A DNA stretch of 64,000 nucleotides from Nitrosopumilus sp. (GTDB taxonomy: Archaea > Thermoproteota > Nitrososphaeria > Nitrososphaerales > Nitrosopumilaceae). Location of the stretch: the NCBI GenBank assembly GCA_965207075.1, contig CBDBLO010000002.1, positions 800,001-864,000 of the forward strand, read 5' to 3'. The position numbers and the translations under genes were made by a program. Below are positions 26,814 through 37,790 of this stretch, in pieces. Position 1 is the first letter of the stretch, and each line of letters opens with the position of its first letter. The notes under the pieces were generated by a model. It saw only the letters and a list, made by a program, of their open reading frames with translations. It had not been told where the DNA came from and searched no databases.

Positions 26814-28274
26814 TCACACCCCTATCTCTCCCCTCAGGACTATCTCCTCTGAGGTTCCTGACGGCGTGGACATGTCGTAATATGTGATCTCGTACCAGTC
26901 GCCTATGTGTATGACCTTGCCGTCGATCTGGCGCGGTATCTTGATCGTCACCTCGAACGTACCCGTGTTGGGGCCCGTCTCCACCATGTGGCTCCGGTTG
27001 GCATCAAACGCGCCGTGGTCAAGCGTCACCCTGATGTTGCCCTCGCTCCTGAACTCGAATCTGTTCAACGGTATCCTGTTCTCCTCCTTCGAGTCCATGT
27101 TCGCGTCAGGCTCGTATATCCTGAGCGTGAACTCGTGCCCTATGCGCTTCTTGCCGTCACCCTCCGACTGCATGTGGGCATACGTGCTTGAGAGCGTGAA
27201 CGATTTTGTGACCGACTGGCTCTCGCCCGATCTGCCCGCCTGGTCGATATACGTGACGTCCACCACGTCGTTGTGGGTAATCGGCCGCCCGTCTATCGTG
27301 GGCGGAAGCTCCAGCCTGACGTGGAACTGCCCCGTGTCGGGGCCCGTCTCAGTCATGGTGTCGGGGCCCTCTATTGGAATGCCGTTTATGGCAAACTTGA
27401 GCAGCCCCTCTGTGGGTATGGTCTCTGCCGCGTTCGAGGCGACGTTCAGATCGTCGTCTGTGACGTAAAAGTTCAAGACAGTCGAGCTTGATGCGGGGAT
27501 CGTACTGACGCTGCCCTGGTGTGCGCTGCGCCGCTCCTGCTCGTCCGTCTTTGATGCCGTTGTTGATGATGATGGTGACGACGACGAATTGGTGGCCGGC
27601 TCTGCCACCGCACCTGATTCCGGCCCTGCAGTGGCGCTGTCCGTACTGTTCTGCCCCGCGTGTGGCGTCTGAGCCTCCGCCGCCTCCGGGCCCCCGACGG
27701 CATCCGCCGCGCCGGTTGTCGCGTTGCTGCCAGTTATGGCGCCGCTGCTGCCGCTTACTGCAGCTCCGCTTGTGGAATTGTCCGCGCCAAGTGATGTGCC
27801 GTGGCCGTCTCCGGGCGGATCCCCGCTCGACTCGCCTGCGCCGGCCCCCGCTCCGCCCTGCGCCTGGCCTGTCTCCTCTGATGCGGTCCCGGCGGTGGCC
27901 GTGCTGGGCCCTATTATCCTCTCTATTATGCCCCTCTCTGCCAGTATCTCCGCGGTTCCTGGCGTGACGCACACCGGCTCTTGGCTCGCCCTGATTGCAA
28001 GCACGTGGTGCACACGGCATGTGACGTCTTGCGGCATGACGCCCGACTCTGTCTGCTTTTTTGGCGGCTCGAGGTCCGCCTCGGTGGACGGCAGCGGTTG
28101 CCCATCCCCGGCGTCTGCAAACGCGCTCTGCGCATAATCATGATAGTCTTGCAGTACACTGCTGCTGCTGCTGCTGCTGTCGTGGCCGTCGCTATGGGTT
28201 ACGTACGTCGCCATGGCCCCGGCGCATAGCAAGGTACAGCACACTGCTGCCGCCATCCAGTAACGGCAATCCAT
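26814..28274 (-). CDS. Secreted/cell-surface protein with low-complexity linker and two ETGP(D/N)TG.F domains (S-layer-like)
   Basis: Signal peptide; VTDDDLN..ETGPDTGQF; YEPDAN..ETGPNTGTF. Confidence 0.7.
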   Translation of the reverse strand: MDCRYWMAAAVCCTLLCAGAMATYVTHSDGHDSSSSSSSVLQDYHDYAQSAFADAGDGQPLPSTEADLEPPKKQTESGVMPQDVTCRVHHVLAIRASQEPVCVTPGTAEILAERGIIERIIGPSTATAGTASEETGQAQGGAGAGAGESSGDPPGDGHGTSLGADNSTSGAAVSGSSGAITGSNATTGAADAVGGPEAAEAQTPHAGQNSTDSATAGPESGAVAEPATNSSSSPSSSTTASKTDEQERRSAHQGSVSTIPASSSTVLNFYVTDDDLNVASNAAETIPTEGLLKFAINGIPIEGPDTMTETGPDTGQFHVRLELPPTIDGRPITHNDVVDVTYIDQAGRSGESQSVTKSFTLSSTYAHMQSEGDGKKRIGHEFTLRIYEPDANMDSKEENRIPLNRFEFRSEGNIRVTLDHGAFDANRSHMVETGPNTGTFEVTIKIPRQIDGKVIHIGDWYEITYYDMSTPSGTSEEIVLRGEIGV

Positions 28275-28379
28275 GCCTGGTTTTGTTGTATTTGTCATAA
28301 AAGTATTGGGCACCGGGTGCCCGGATGGCGCGCAGATTTTGCCTGCGCGTAATCTAAACTTAATTAGCATCGCACCGCA

Positions 28380-29231
28380 ATGCACGTGTTGAAGAGGGTC
28401 GGACTGCTGGGCTGCGGCACAATCGGTTCTGCAATCGCGCTTGCGATAGAGGACCGTTCCATACGGGCCGAGCTGACTCACATTTATGACGCTTCACGCG
28501 CCGCTGCAGAGTCACTTGCATCCCGCCTTCCGGAATCCAGGCCTGAGATAACGTCCAACCCGAACCTGCTGTTTACAAGCCGCACCGACATCATAGTAGA
28601 GGCCGCCGCCCAGCAGGCCCTCCGGGACTCGGCCCTGGCAGTGGTACAGAACCGCAAGGACCTCATGATAATGTCCGTCGGGGCCCTGCTTGACGACTCG
28701 ATTCATGACGTGATATTCGAGGCTGCAAAAGAGTTCGGCACCCGCATCATCATCCCGAGTGGGGCCATAGCCGGGCTTGACGGCATAAGTGCGGTTCGTG
28801 ACAAGCTGGAGCGCGTCACGCTGACCACCACGAAGCACCCCGACTCGCTGCGGGGGGCGCCGTTCTTTGACAAGTCGGACGCCGTCCCCGACGGAATCAC
28901 CTCGCCTGCCGTGCTGTACGAGGGCCCCGCAGTGGACGCCGTCTCCCTGTTTCCCGCAAACGTGAACGTTGCCGCCGCCCTCTCGCTTGCGGGTATAGGA
29001 GGGAGCAGGACCGTCGTGCGCATGGTGGCCGATCCCAACACGGACAGGAACACCCACAAGGTCGAGGCGTCCGGGGCCTTTGGGAGGATGACGTTTGAGA
29101 TTGAGAACGTGCCGTCCCCGACAAACCCGAAGACGAGCTGGCTTGCCGTGCTCTCCGCAGTCGAGGCGCTTGCGGGATACTGTTCGGATGACGGCAGCCG
29201 TGGCAGGAACGACGCCGCGCGCAATAGGTGA
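28380..29231 (+). CDS. nadX: L-aspartate dehydrogenase
   Basis: GCGTIG, VEAA, MSVGAL, SGAIAGLD, FPANVNVAA, NPKTS; next to nadA. Confidence 0.92.
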   Translation: MHVLKRVGLLGCGTIGSAIALAIEDRSIRAELTHIYDASRAAAESLASRLPESRPEITSNPNLLFTSRTDIIVEAAAQQALRDSALAVVQNRKDLMIMSVGALLDDSIHDVIFEAAKEFGTRIIIPSGAIAGLDGISAVRDKLERVTLTTTKHPDSLRGAPFFDKSDAVPDGITSPAVLYEGPAVDAVSLFPANVNVAAALSLAGIGGSRTVVRMVADPNTDRNTHKVEASGAFGRMTFEIENVPSPTNPKTSWLAVLSAVEALAGYCSDDGSRGRNDAARNR

Positions 29232-29390
29232 CGGCAATGCCTGCCCTGGTTGCCCGCCGCTGCCGCGTAATCCATGCTGGACGGTACCGCTCAAGCGTAT
29301 AATATGGCAATTATTGCCGCACGCCTGCGGTTTTAGTCACGTAATGGTCTGTTTGTAACGCTTTAAATCACCTTTGGGCCTATCTGACAA

Positions 29391-30404
29391 ATGACCATGC
29401 TCATCTCTGAACGCCGTCAACAACAGCAGCAACAACAGCAACCGCAGCAACAGCAGCAGCAGGTGTCCGACCTCAAGGAGGAGATTCTGCGCCTCAAGGA
29501 GGAAAAGGACGTGGTCATACTGGCCCACAACTACCAGGTGCCCGACGTCCAGGACGTGGCCGACTATACGGGCGACTCGCTTGGGCTCTCCCGGCAGGCC
29601 GCGCAGGTGGACCGGCAGACCATACTGTTCTGCGGCGTGCACTTTATGGCGGAGACTGCCGCCATCATCAGTCCGCACAAGAGGGTGCTCATCCCGGAGC
29701 TTGACGCCGGATGCTCCCTGTCTGATTCCATAACCGTAGAGGAGCTCCGCGACTGGAAGGCAGCGCACCCCGGTTCCATATCGGTCGGGTACGTCAACAC
29801 GACCGCGGAGGTAAAGGCGGAGCTGGACTACTGCTGCACCTCCTCAAACGCGGTAAAGGTGGTGGACTCCATCCCCGCCGAGAAGGAGATACTCTTCCTG
29901 CCTGACATGTTTCTTGGGTCGTACGTGGCCAAGGTGACCGGGCGGAAGAACATGCGCATATGGGCCGGCGAGTGCCACGTGCATGCCGGAATCACGCCGC
30001 AGGACATAGAGGAGAAGCTGGCCTCCCTCAGGAACTCGGAGTTTGTAATACACCCGGAGTGCAGCTGCACCACGCCGATGATGTACGATGCGGCATCCGG
30101 CGGGTTCGGGGACGCAAAGGTGTCCGTGCTGTCCACCGAAGGCATGCTCAAGCACGTGGCCGCGTCACCCTCGCGGAACTTTGTCGTGGCGACGGAGACC
30201 GGAATCCTGTACCGCATGAGAAAGCAGAACCCCACAAAGAACTTTGTGCCTGCGTCTGAAAACGCAGAGTGCCAGTACATGAAGATGATAACGCTCCAAA
30301 AGGTGTACGACTCGCTTCTAAACGAGCGCAGCGTCGTGAGCGTCCCCCCGCACATAGCCGACAGGGCGCGCCTCGCAATAGAGCGTATGCTTGAGATCGG
30401 CTGA
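29391..30404 (+). CDS. nadA: Quinolinate synthase
   Basis: ILAHNYQ, GDSLGLS, FCGVHFMAETA, GCSL, YVNT, HPEC, CQYMK. Confidence 0.97.
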   Translation: MTMLISERRQQQQQQQQPQQQQQQVSDLKEEILRLKEEKDVVILAHNYQVPDVQDVADYTGDSLGLSRQAAQVDRQTILFCGVHFMAETAAIISPHKRVLIPELDAGCSLSDSITVEELRDWKAAHPGSISVGYVNTTAEVKAELDYCCTSSNAVKVVDSIPAEKEILFLPDMFLGSYVAKVTGRKNMRIWAGECHVHAGITPQDIEEKLASLRNSEFVIHPECSCTTPMMYDAASGGFGDAKVSVLSTEGMLKHVAASPSRNFVVATETGILYRMRKQNPTKNFVPASENAECQYMKMITLQKVYDSLLNERSVVSVPPHIADRARLAIERMLEIG

Positions 30405-30409
30405 TTGAG

Positions 30410-30820
30410 ATGACGGGTCTCTTATGGCGGCGCGGCTCGGACAATCCCAAAAAGGGAATGGGCGGCAGGCTCCTCAAGGAGTTCAAGAAGCTCGTCAGGG
30501 ACAAAAAGTACGACGAGGCCCTCCGATGCGGCAGAAACTACATACGCCAGATAGGGGATCACAACCACGACCTCTTCTTTACGATGGGGGCCATATACTA
30601 CACGCAGAAGCGCTACGGGCAGTCACTCGAGTACCTGGACAGGGCGCTCGAGATCGGCTCGTACGACACGGAGGCGCTCTTGCTAAAGGCCAGGGCCCAC
30701 ATGATCCTCGGCCAAAAGACCAAGGCGGAGCAGTCGTGCAGGAAGATACAAGAGATCGACCCGGGGCACGAGGAGGCTATGAGCATACTTGACTCGATGA
30801 AGCGGCCGAAAGGGCGCTAG
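30410..30820 (+). CDS. TPR-repeat protein
   Basis: TPR-like helices (MGAIYY..YGQSLEYLDRALE; KIQEIDP). Confidence 0.8.
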   Translation: MTGLLWRRGSDNPKKGMGGRLLKEFKKLVRDKKYDEALRCGRNYIRQIGDHNHDLFFTMGAIYYTQKRYGQSLEYLDRALEIGSYDTEALLLKARAHMILGQKTKAEQSCRKIQEIDPGHEEAMSILDSMKRPKGR

Positions 30821-31668
30821 ACCTCCAGGCTCATGTCTATTCCTGACACCGAATGCGTTATGAACCCCACGGATATCATGTCGGCCCCGCTGCTCGCGTA
30901 CGCCGATATGTTCCTGCCGGTTATCCCGCCCGATGCCTCTATGCGTACCCCGTCGCGGAGCCCCTCTGATTCCAGGCGCCGTATTGCCGCCCTGACCTGC
31001 CGTGGCGTAAAGTTGTCCAGCATTATGATGCCCGCCCCGGCGCGCGCCGCAGTGATGGCGCCCTCCACGCTGTCGACCTCCGCCTCCAGGCCGCCGCGCC
31101 TGCCACCTGCCTTTCTTATCAGATGCTCGAGCGCCGCTTCCGGGGCGAGGCCTGCCATCAGCAGAGAGGCGGCCGCGACATGGTTGTCCTTTATCATTAT
31201 GGACTCGTCAAGCCCCATCCTGTGCCTCCTGCCGCCGCCAATCTCGACTGCCTCCTTGTCAAACATGCGCAGCCCGGGCGCGGTCTTTCTGGTCGCGTAT
31301 ATCCCGACTCCTGCCGGCAGCCTGCCTGCAATCTCGGCGGTCCTGGTCGCGATGCCGCTCATCCTTGAGAGCAGGTTGAGCGCGGTCCGCTCGCACGCAA
31401 GCACGGCCCTAGCCTCCCCTCTGACCTTCATTATCACGTCGCCTGCAGATACACTGGATCCGTCGGGCTTGAGCGTCCTGCACCTGCATCCCTTCAGCCT
31501 GAATATCTCCCTCGCGTGCGCGGTTCCGGCCACAGTTGCTTCCTGTCTTGTGATTATGCTTGCCGTAATCACGCCCCTTGGCAGGAGCGCGCCCGTAACG
31601 TCCCCCCTTCCAACGTCCTCTGCTAGGAACCTGCGGAGGTGGCGCCGCGCATCCTGCGTGATCCTCAT
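30817..31668 (-). CDS. nadC: Quinolinate phosphoribosyltransferase
   Basis: EDVGRGDVT, ERTALN, TRKTAPG, HRMGL, IKDNH, MLDN, EASGG. Confidence 0.96.
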   Translation of the reverse strand: MRITQDARRHLRRFLAEDVGRGDVTGALLPRGVITASIITRQEATVAGTAHAREIFRLKGCRCRTLKPDGSSVSAGDVIMKVRGEARAVLACERTALNLLSRMSGIATRTAEIAGRLPAGVGIYATRKTAPGLRMFDKEAVEIGGGRRHRMGLDESIMIKDNHVAAASLLMAGLAPEAALEHLIRKAGGRRGGLEAEVDSVEGAITAARAGAGIIMLDNFTPRQVRAAIRRLESEGLRDGVRIEASGGITGRNISAYASSGADMISVGFITHSVSGIDMSLEV

Positions 31669-31884
31669 CACATGCCGTACCTGCCTGTTTTCCTTAAACA
31701 TTTGCCGTCGGCAAGAAGTCCTGCCATGCCTGATCTGCCATGCCTGATCCGCGATGCCGCCGCGGTATGATGCCGCCGCGGTATGATGACAATGACGTTG
31801 GTTGCGGCTGTGATTGTGATTATGGCGGGCATACTTTCACGGCGCATGCGCATGTCCGTCACGCCCCGTCCGGCCGTAGATGGG

Positions 31885-32073
31885 TTATGTAACCTTGATT
31901 GCGTACTTGCCCCTCTGGGTTATGCCGAGCGTCTTTGATATCTTGGAGTTGGTGGGATCAACCACCAGAACTATCCCGTTCCAGTCCGGGGTCAGATCCG
32001 ACGACTTGCATACGGGACATACCTTGGCGGTGGTGACATACTTGCAGCTGCGGCAGGCCATCTCTCTTGGCAT
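31885..32073 (-). CDS. spt4: Transcription elongation factor Spt4 (RpoE'')
   Basis: ACRSCK...CPVC...WNG...GKYAIKV; follows rpoE'. Confidence 0.93.
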   Translation of the reverse strand: MPREMACRSCKYVTTAKVCPVCKSSDLTPDWNGIVLVVDPTNSKISKTLGITQRGKYAIKVT

Positions 32074-32075
32074 CG

Positions 32076-32690
32076 CTACTTTTTACCTCCCTCTGCCTTT
32101 TTGCTAGCCTGCTTGGCGCCGTCGCCTTCGTCTTCGCCCCCCTCTGCCTTCTTGATCTCCTCTGCTATCCATTCGTCGGTGCCAAGAAACGGTTGCCTGC
32201 ACGTGATTCCTATCTTTCCCATCGCCGCCGCCTTTCCAAGCGACACGGCCGTGATCCTGGAGCGCAGCGCCGATCCCACCCTGAGCGTCCTGCCGCTCTG
32301 GTTCGCTATTATAATTCCGGACTTTACGTCGCTCTTCAGATAGTCGTCCATGACCTGCGAGAGGTGCAGCAAGGCATCGGTGGGGCCTATCCTGACGAAC
32401 GCGCCAAAGTCGGTAATGTCCACGATCTCACCGTGCACGATCTCCTGCATCTTCGGATAAAACGTGAGCGCCTTGAACCTGACCCTGTGGAACGTGCCCC
32501 CGTCTCCGGCGACCATCTTGCCCATCTCGTCGACCTTTGCGTCCAGAATCATGATTATGTATCCGAGCTCCGCGTTTATCATGCTCTCGTACTTTTCCTT
32601 TAGTATGGTGATGGCGGCCCTTCGGAGCGTGGTTCCAAACTGGTCGGGGGGAATTCTGACTACATCGGCCAGGGTCGATATTGAAAACAA
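32076..32690 (-). CDS. rpoE1: RNA polymerase subunit E' (Rpo7)
   Basis: VRIPP..FG, GDGGTFH, FGAFVRIGPTDALLHLSQVMDD, RQPFLG. Confidence 0.95.
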   Translation of the reverse strand: MFSISTLADVVRIPPDQFGTTLRRAAITILKEKYESMINAELGYIIMILDAKVDEMGKMVAGDGGTFHRVRFKALTFYPKMQEIVHGEIVDITDFGAFVRIGPTDALLHLSQVMDDYLKSDVKSGIIIANQSGRTLRVGSALRSRITAVSLGKAAAMGKIGITCRQPFLGTDEWIAEEIKKAEGGEDEGDGAKQASKKAEGGKK

Positions 32691-33051
32691 CTGTCGCTCC
32701 TCTTGAGGGTTAATTTATGAATCTTTGGACATCGTATGGAACCAAGTCTCTTGAAAGTTCGTGCCTGCCGGCCCCCGTTTTCGGATCTCACGGGCCAGGG
32801 CCCCGGATCCGTACTCCGTGCATGCCCGGGCGCTTGGCGCCTTCGCGGTGTGCCGCCTCCGGACACACGCGCGTAATCCGTCGACGGGCGGGGCTCGTGT
32901 CGCGCGCACCCTTGGCCACCGGCGGCCCTGCCGGCGACGCGCGTCTTGTCGCGGCCCTATCTGCGGGCCCGCGGCCCTGCCGGGGAACATCCGGCAGCGT
33001 CCAGTGCCTGCGCCGTTTATCTATAAATATAGAATGCAGATTTTCCTGTGT

Positions 33052-34263
33052 ATGGTTGAGATTGGAGAGGTAATCGGCAAGCTAGAGACCGTGATTGACC
33101 CGGATCTCAAAAAGGACATCGTCTCGATGGGGATGATAAAGGACATGGAGCTGGTGGACGACAACCTAAAGTTTACGCTTGAGCTTACCACCCCCGCCTG
33201 CCCGTTCAACGTGGAGATTGAGGAGGACGTGCGGCGCGTGATAGGCGAGCTTGGCGACCTGAAGAGCTTTGACATGAACGTAACCGCAAAGGTCATGGAG
33301 GGGCGCTCCCTTGACGACGACACCGGCCTGGCGACCGTCAAGAACGTCATCGGGGTCGCAAGCGGCAAGGGCGGCGTCGGCAAGTCCACCGTGTCGCTGA
33401 ACCTGGCCCTTGCACTGCAGCAGGCCGGGGCCAAGGTGGGGCTGCTTGACGCCGACATATACGGCCCCAGCATTCCGTTGATGCTTGGGATAAAGGAAGG
33501 CGGCATGGAGGTGGACAACAACAAGCTCCAGCCGGCCGAGTCCAACGGGCTGAAGGTGGTCTCGTTCGGGTTCTTTGCCGACCAGGCGCACCAGGCCGCG
33601 ATATACAGGGGCCCCATAATATCCGGGATACTCAAGCAGTTCCTGGTGGACACCGACTGGTCGGATCTGGACTATCTGATAGTGGACCTGCCGCCTGGAA
33701 CCGGCGACATACCGCTGACGCTGGCGCAGACCATACCGATTACCGGAATACTGGTGATAACCACCCCGCAGGAAGTGGCAAGCAACGTGGCCGTAAAGGC
33801 GATCGGCATGTTTGAAAAACTCAACGTCCCGATACTCGGGGTGGTGGAGAACATGAGCCACTTTGTATGCCCCGACTGCGATGCAAAGCACCGCATATTC
33901 GGCGACGGCGGCGCCAAAAAGATAAGCGAAAAGTTCGACATCCCGTTCCTCGGGGAGATTCCGCTCAATTCCGGCATAATGTCCGGCTCCGACCTGGGCA
34001 AGCCCATAATGATTACGGGTCCCGACTCTCCCGGCGGGGCCGCGTTCAGGAGCGCGGCCCGCAACATAGCGGCGCAGTGCAGCATTCTTGCGGCGAAGCT
34101 GCAGCAGGAGGAAGCGGCGAGTGCAGAGGTCGCGGAGCCTGCCGCCGCCGCCCAGGCCACGGATGCCCCTCCCTCTGACGCCGCGCTGGCGGCGCAGACG
34201 ACGGCAGCCGATTCGCCATCCTTATCCACTGCGTCATACGGCGGCAAGGCTGATTCCACGTGA
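33052..34263 (+). CDS. mrp: Mrp/NBP35 Fe-S cluster carrier ATPase
   Basis: VIDPDL, LTTPACP, SGKGGVGKST, DADIYGPS, DLPPGTGD, ENMS..CPDC. Confidence 0.93.
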   Translation: MVEIGEVIGKLETVIDPDLKKDIVSMGMIKDMELVDDNLKFTLELTTPACPFNVEIEEDVRRVIGELGDLKSFDMNVTAKVMEGRSLDDDTGLATVKNVIGVASGKGGVGKSTVSLNLALALQQAGAKVGLLDADIYGPSIPLMLGIKEGGMEVDNNKLQPAESNGLKVVSFGFFADQAHQAAIYRGPIISGILKQFLVDTDWSDLDYLIVDLPPGTGDIPLTLAQTIPITGILVITTPQEVASNVAVKAIGMFEKLNVPILGVVENMSHFVCPDCDAKHRIFGDGGAKKISEKFDIPFLGEIPLNSGIMSGSDLGKPIMITGPDSPGGAAFRSAARNIAAQCSILAAKLQQEEAASAEVAEPAAAAQATDAPPSDAALAAQTTAADSPSLSTASYGGKADST

Positions 34264-34835
34264 GGCTGCCAGAGTCGTGCCGTGAAGATCTAAAGACGCC
34301 GCTGGGCGTCCTGCTGCCCGATGCCGGTATTACAAAAGAGCAGGTCGCAGGCATGATACGCCCCGGCTCGTACGTGGTGACCGTAGGCGATCGCACCACC
34401 GAGAGGCTGATACAGTTTGGCATAGTCCCGTCCCTCCAGATAACGGACGGGCTCGAGAAGAGGCGGATCCGTCCCCATCCGCGGCTTGCAGAGGCGGGCG
34501 GCGCCGACGATGCCAAGGAGGGTGAGGGCCGCGGCGCCGGCGCGCGGCATGCGGGCAGCCGCGTCGGAACAAAGACCACCGTGATGGAGGTGTCAAACCC
34601 GCCCGCCCAGATCACGCGGGAGAGCGTCTCGGCCATACGCAAGGCCTTCGCGGCGAGGCCGCCCGTCCGGATACGCGTAAATGGCGAGGAGGATCTGCTC
34701 GTCATTCCAGTATGCGTCTACGCGCCTGATAATACCGTGGTGCTGTACGGGCAGCCGGACGAGGGGCTGGTCGTCACGTCGGTCACCGACGAAATTAGAA
34801 ATAAGACCCGTGGCATCATGTCCCACATGGGATGA
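34260..34835 (+). CDS. GTP-dependent dephospho-CoA kinase (DUF359)
   Basis: LK.PLG, VTVGD, NPP..I, GEEDLL, YGQP.EG. Confidence 0.85.
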   Translation: MRLPESCREDLKTPLGVLLPDAGITKEQVAGMIRPGSYVVTVGDRTTERLIQFGIVPSLQITDGLEKRRIRPHPRLAEAGGADDAKEGEGRGAGARHAGSRVGTKTTVMEVSNPPAQITRESVSAIRKAFAARPPVRIRVNGEEDLLVIPVCVYAPDNTVVLYGQPDEGLVVTSVTDEIRNKTRGIMSHMG

Positions 34836-35051
34836 CAGGACGTGATGAGACGGTGGCTGTATGAGCGGTGATTATCCACCAATGCCTGATCCTCTTATCC
34901 ACCCCGAGGCGGTCCCGGCACGTGATCCGGGATACGCGCCAACGCGGGCCGCCGCATCAACGGCCGGGATACGCGCCATCTCAAAAAATAAACCAAATGA
35001 GTCGCTGGGGTTGACATTGAGCCATATATGCGGGTCGCACGACCCGACACC

Positions 35052-35429
35052 ATGAAGCTGGGACCGGAGCTGCGCCTCGCCATACTTGAAAAGGTCGGGA
35101 TATACTCTGCCCGCTTTTCGATATCGGAGCCCCGGGTGCTTCTGACCACGAGGGAGGTGCTTGATGCCCCGAGGAACATGACTGCGGGCAGGCGCACGTC
35201 TGCATACAAGTACTACGGCGTCTCGTATCTGCAGCACAACACCATATTCATCAACGTGCGGAAGATTCCAAATGAGAGGGTGCTTGAGAACACCATCGTA
35301 CACGAGCTCATCCACATGAGGTTCCGATACATGTCCCACGGCAGGCGGTTCAACAGGCTCGTCAGGCGCGGCTTGGCGGGCGCTAGGTTTGCCCCGTACC
35401 GCAGGCGGGCATCAGGGCGCGGGAAGTAG
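35052..35429 (+). CDS. SprT/M48-like zinc metalloprotease-domain protein
   Basis: IVHELIH....HGRRF motif. Confidence 0.7.
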   Translation: MKLGPELRLAILEKVGIYSARFSISEPRVLLTTREVLDAPRNMTAGRRTSAYKYYGVSYLQHNTIFINVRKIPNERVLENTIVHELIHMRFRYMSHGRRFNRLVRRGLAGARFAPYRRRASGRGK

Positions 35430-35558
35430 TAGTAGTGGCAACAGCAGGCGCGGCAACGGCGTATTCTGCAAATTAGAGGATCCGCTGGCCCTGTGCATGC
35501 ACGGCCTGGGTTTGTCCGTTTTTTGATTTATATTTACATGCTCGGGCAGTCCGCATAC

Positions 35559-37598
35559 ATGGAGTTCTCTGAGATCCTGCCCTTTGCGGCGGGAGCTGCC
35601 TCGTTTATAGTGGCGGGCGTGCTGGTCGGCTGGATCTCAAGGCAGCCTGCCGGGACAAAGCAGATGATGGAGATATCCGACGCGGTGCGCGTGGGAGCCG
35701 CAGCATTTCTCAAGAGGGAGATGAAGGTTATAGTGCCCGTGGCAATAGCGCTGTCCGTTATAATCGGCGCGTTCCTGCAGCCCTCAAACGGCATTGCGTT
35801 TGCGGTGGGGGCGACGCTGTCGGCCGTTGCGGGGCTCATATCACTGAAGATTACGGTAAAGGCCGCCGTGCGGGCGGCAAACCTGAGCGGCAGCGGGCTT
35901 GGCAAGACCTTTGCGATGGCGTTCCGGGGTGGAGCGACCGTGGGGCTTGCGATACCCGCAATGGCGCTGCTTGCGATAACCGGGCTGTACCTCATATATG
36001 AGGATCCGATCACCATTGCCGGCGTCGGGATAGGCGCCAGCCTGATTGCGCTGTTCATCAGGATAGGCGGCGGCATATTCACAAAGGCCGCCGACATGGG
36101 GGCCGACTTGGTCGGCAAGGTGGAGGCCAACATTCCCGAGGACGATCCCCGCAACCCCGCCACGATTGCCGACAACGTGGGCGACAACGTGGGGGACGCG
36201 GCGGGAATGGGCTCTGACGTGTACGAGTCCTACATCGTGACCATACTGGCGGCAATCCTGATAGCCGCCCTCATCGGGGCCCCCGAGCTGTTCCTGTACC
36301 CGATACTGATTGGCACCTCTGGCATGATTGCCTCCATAATCGGCATAGCCATAGTCGGCTCAAAGAACATCACGGACGTGATGAAGCCCCTCGACCGGTC
36401 GTTCTACGTCTCGGCCGGGATTGCCATTGTACTGAACTTTGCCTTTACGATGTGGTTTGTGGGCGACACCGCAGCGTCGTACGCCCTGTTTGGCACCACC
36501 GTCATCGGGGTGCTGCTGGTCCCGGTCATACAGAAGATAACGGACCGGTACACCAACTACAAGTACGGGCCCGTCATGGAGATCGCCGAGTCGGCGCGCT
36601 GGGGCTATGCGTCGCTGACCCTGATGGGGATCATAAAGGGGCTGCAGTCGACGGGGCCGTTCATGATTGCCCTCGTTGCCGCAATAATCATATCGTACGC
36701 GGTGTCATCGTCTGCCGCCCCCGAGGGCGCGGATCCCGTCCTGTACGGTATATTCGGCACGTCGCTTACTGCAATGGCGATGCTGAGCCTTGCCGGAATC
36801 GTGCTGAGCATCGACGCGTTCGGGCCAATCGCGGACAACGCTGGCGGAATCGTGGAGATGACCGGCATGGGGGAGGAGAACCGCAAGGTGACAGACGAGA
36901 TAGACGCGGTCGGAAACACCACAAAGGCGGTCACAAAGGGGTTCGCGATTGCGAGCGCGGCCCTTGCGGCGCTGGCCATGATACAGGCATTCCAGTTCGA
37001 GGCGGCCCACGTGTTTGAAGGCGTGCTGGAGCTTAACTACAGCCTCACAAATCCCGCCGTTATAGTGGGGCTGCTTGTGGGCGGACTGGTGCCGTTTATA
37101 ATAACCGGGCAGCTGATAAACGGGGTCTCTAGGGCGGCCGGCAAGATGGTCGACGAGGTCCGCAGGCAGTTCAAGGCCGACCCAGAGATACTCACGGGCA
37201 AGTCCAAGCCGGACTATGCAAAGTGCGTCGACATTGCGACGGTGGCGTCGATAAAGGAGCTGTGGAAGTCCGCAATCATCGCAATCATCGCCCCGATCAT
37301 ACTCGGGGTGCTGCTAGGGCCGACGGCCGTGGCGGGGCTGCTCATGGGCGCCGTGGTCACGGGGATATTCCTGGCGTACCACCTGGCAAACACCGGCGGC
37401 GCGTGGGACAACGCAAAGAAGCTGGTGGAGATGAGGGGCCAAAAGGGCACCGAGGAGCACAAGGTGGCCGTGGTGGGCGACATAATCGGGGATCCGTACA
37501 AGGATACGGCGGGGCCCGCGCTGAACACCGTGATCAAGCTGCTAAACACGATTGCAATCGTGTTCGTGTCCGCGTTTGTGGCCGTGCTGGTGCTGTGA
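35559..37598 (+). CDS. hppA: Membrane pyrophosphatase, probably K+-independent H+-pumping type
   Basis: DMGADLVGKVE, DNVGDNVGD, GPIADNAGG, GNTTKA (Lys determinant), GDPYKDT. Confidence 0.95.
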   Translation: MEFSEILPFAAGAASFIVAGVLVGWISRQPAGTKQMMEISDAVRVGAAAFLKREMKVIVPVAIALSVIIGAFLQPSNGIAFAVGATLSAVAGLISLKITVKAAVRAANLSGSGLGKTFAMAFRGGATVGLAIPAMALLAITGLYLIYEDPITIAGVGIGASLIALFIRIGGGIFTKAADMGADLVGKVEANIPEDDPRNPATIADNVGDNVGDAAGMGSDVYESYIVTILAAILIAALIGAPELFLYPILIGTSGMIASIIGIAIVGSKNITDVMKPLDRSFYVSAGIAIVLNFAFTMWFVGDTAASYALFGTTVIGVLLVPVIQKITDRYTNYKYGPVMEIAESARWGYASLTLMGIIKGLQSTGPFMIALVAAIIISYAVSSSAAPEGADPVLYGIFGTSLTAMAMLSLAGIVLSIDAFGPIADNAGGIVEMTGMGEENRKVTDEIDAVGNTTKAVTKGFAIASAALAALAMIQAFQFEAAHVFEGVLELNYSLTNPAVIVGLLVGGLVPFIITGQLINGVSRAAGKMVDEVRRQFKADPEILTGKSKPDYAKCVDIATVASIKELWKSAIIAIIAPIILGVLLGPTAVAGLLMGAVVTGIFLAYHLANTGGAWDNAKKLVEMRGQKGTEEHKVAVVGDIIGDPYKDTAGPALNTVIKLLNTIAIVFVSAFVAVLVL

Positions 37599-37790
37599 TT
37601 CCGGCCGGCACGGAGGCATGAGCGGCTTGCGCGGTTTGCGTAATGTTTGAGGGAGGGACGCGCCGGGAACGGCAAAGCCGGGTACGTCACGTGAGCAGCG
37701 TCCGCTGGGACATCATAATAATCATATAATAACAGTAAGAAGGAGAAGAAGAAGAAGAAAAAAGATCGGTGTCGAGGGTTTGCCTAGCGC

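Noticed and set aside
32761-33051. 97-aa N-terminal extension of Mrp
   Set aside because: GC-rich intergenic read-through; a TATA-like element at ~33016-33029 supports a start at 33052.
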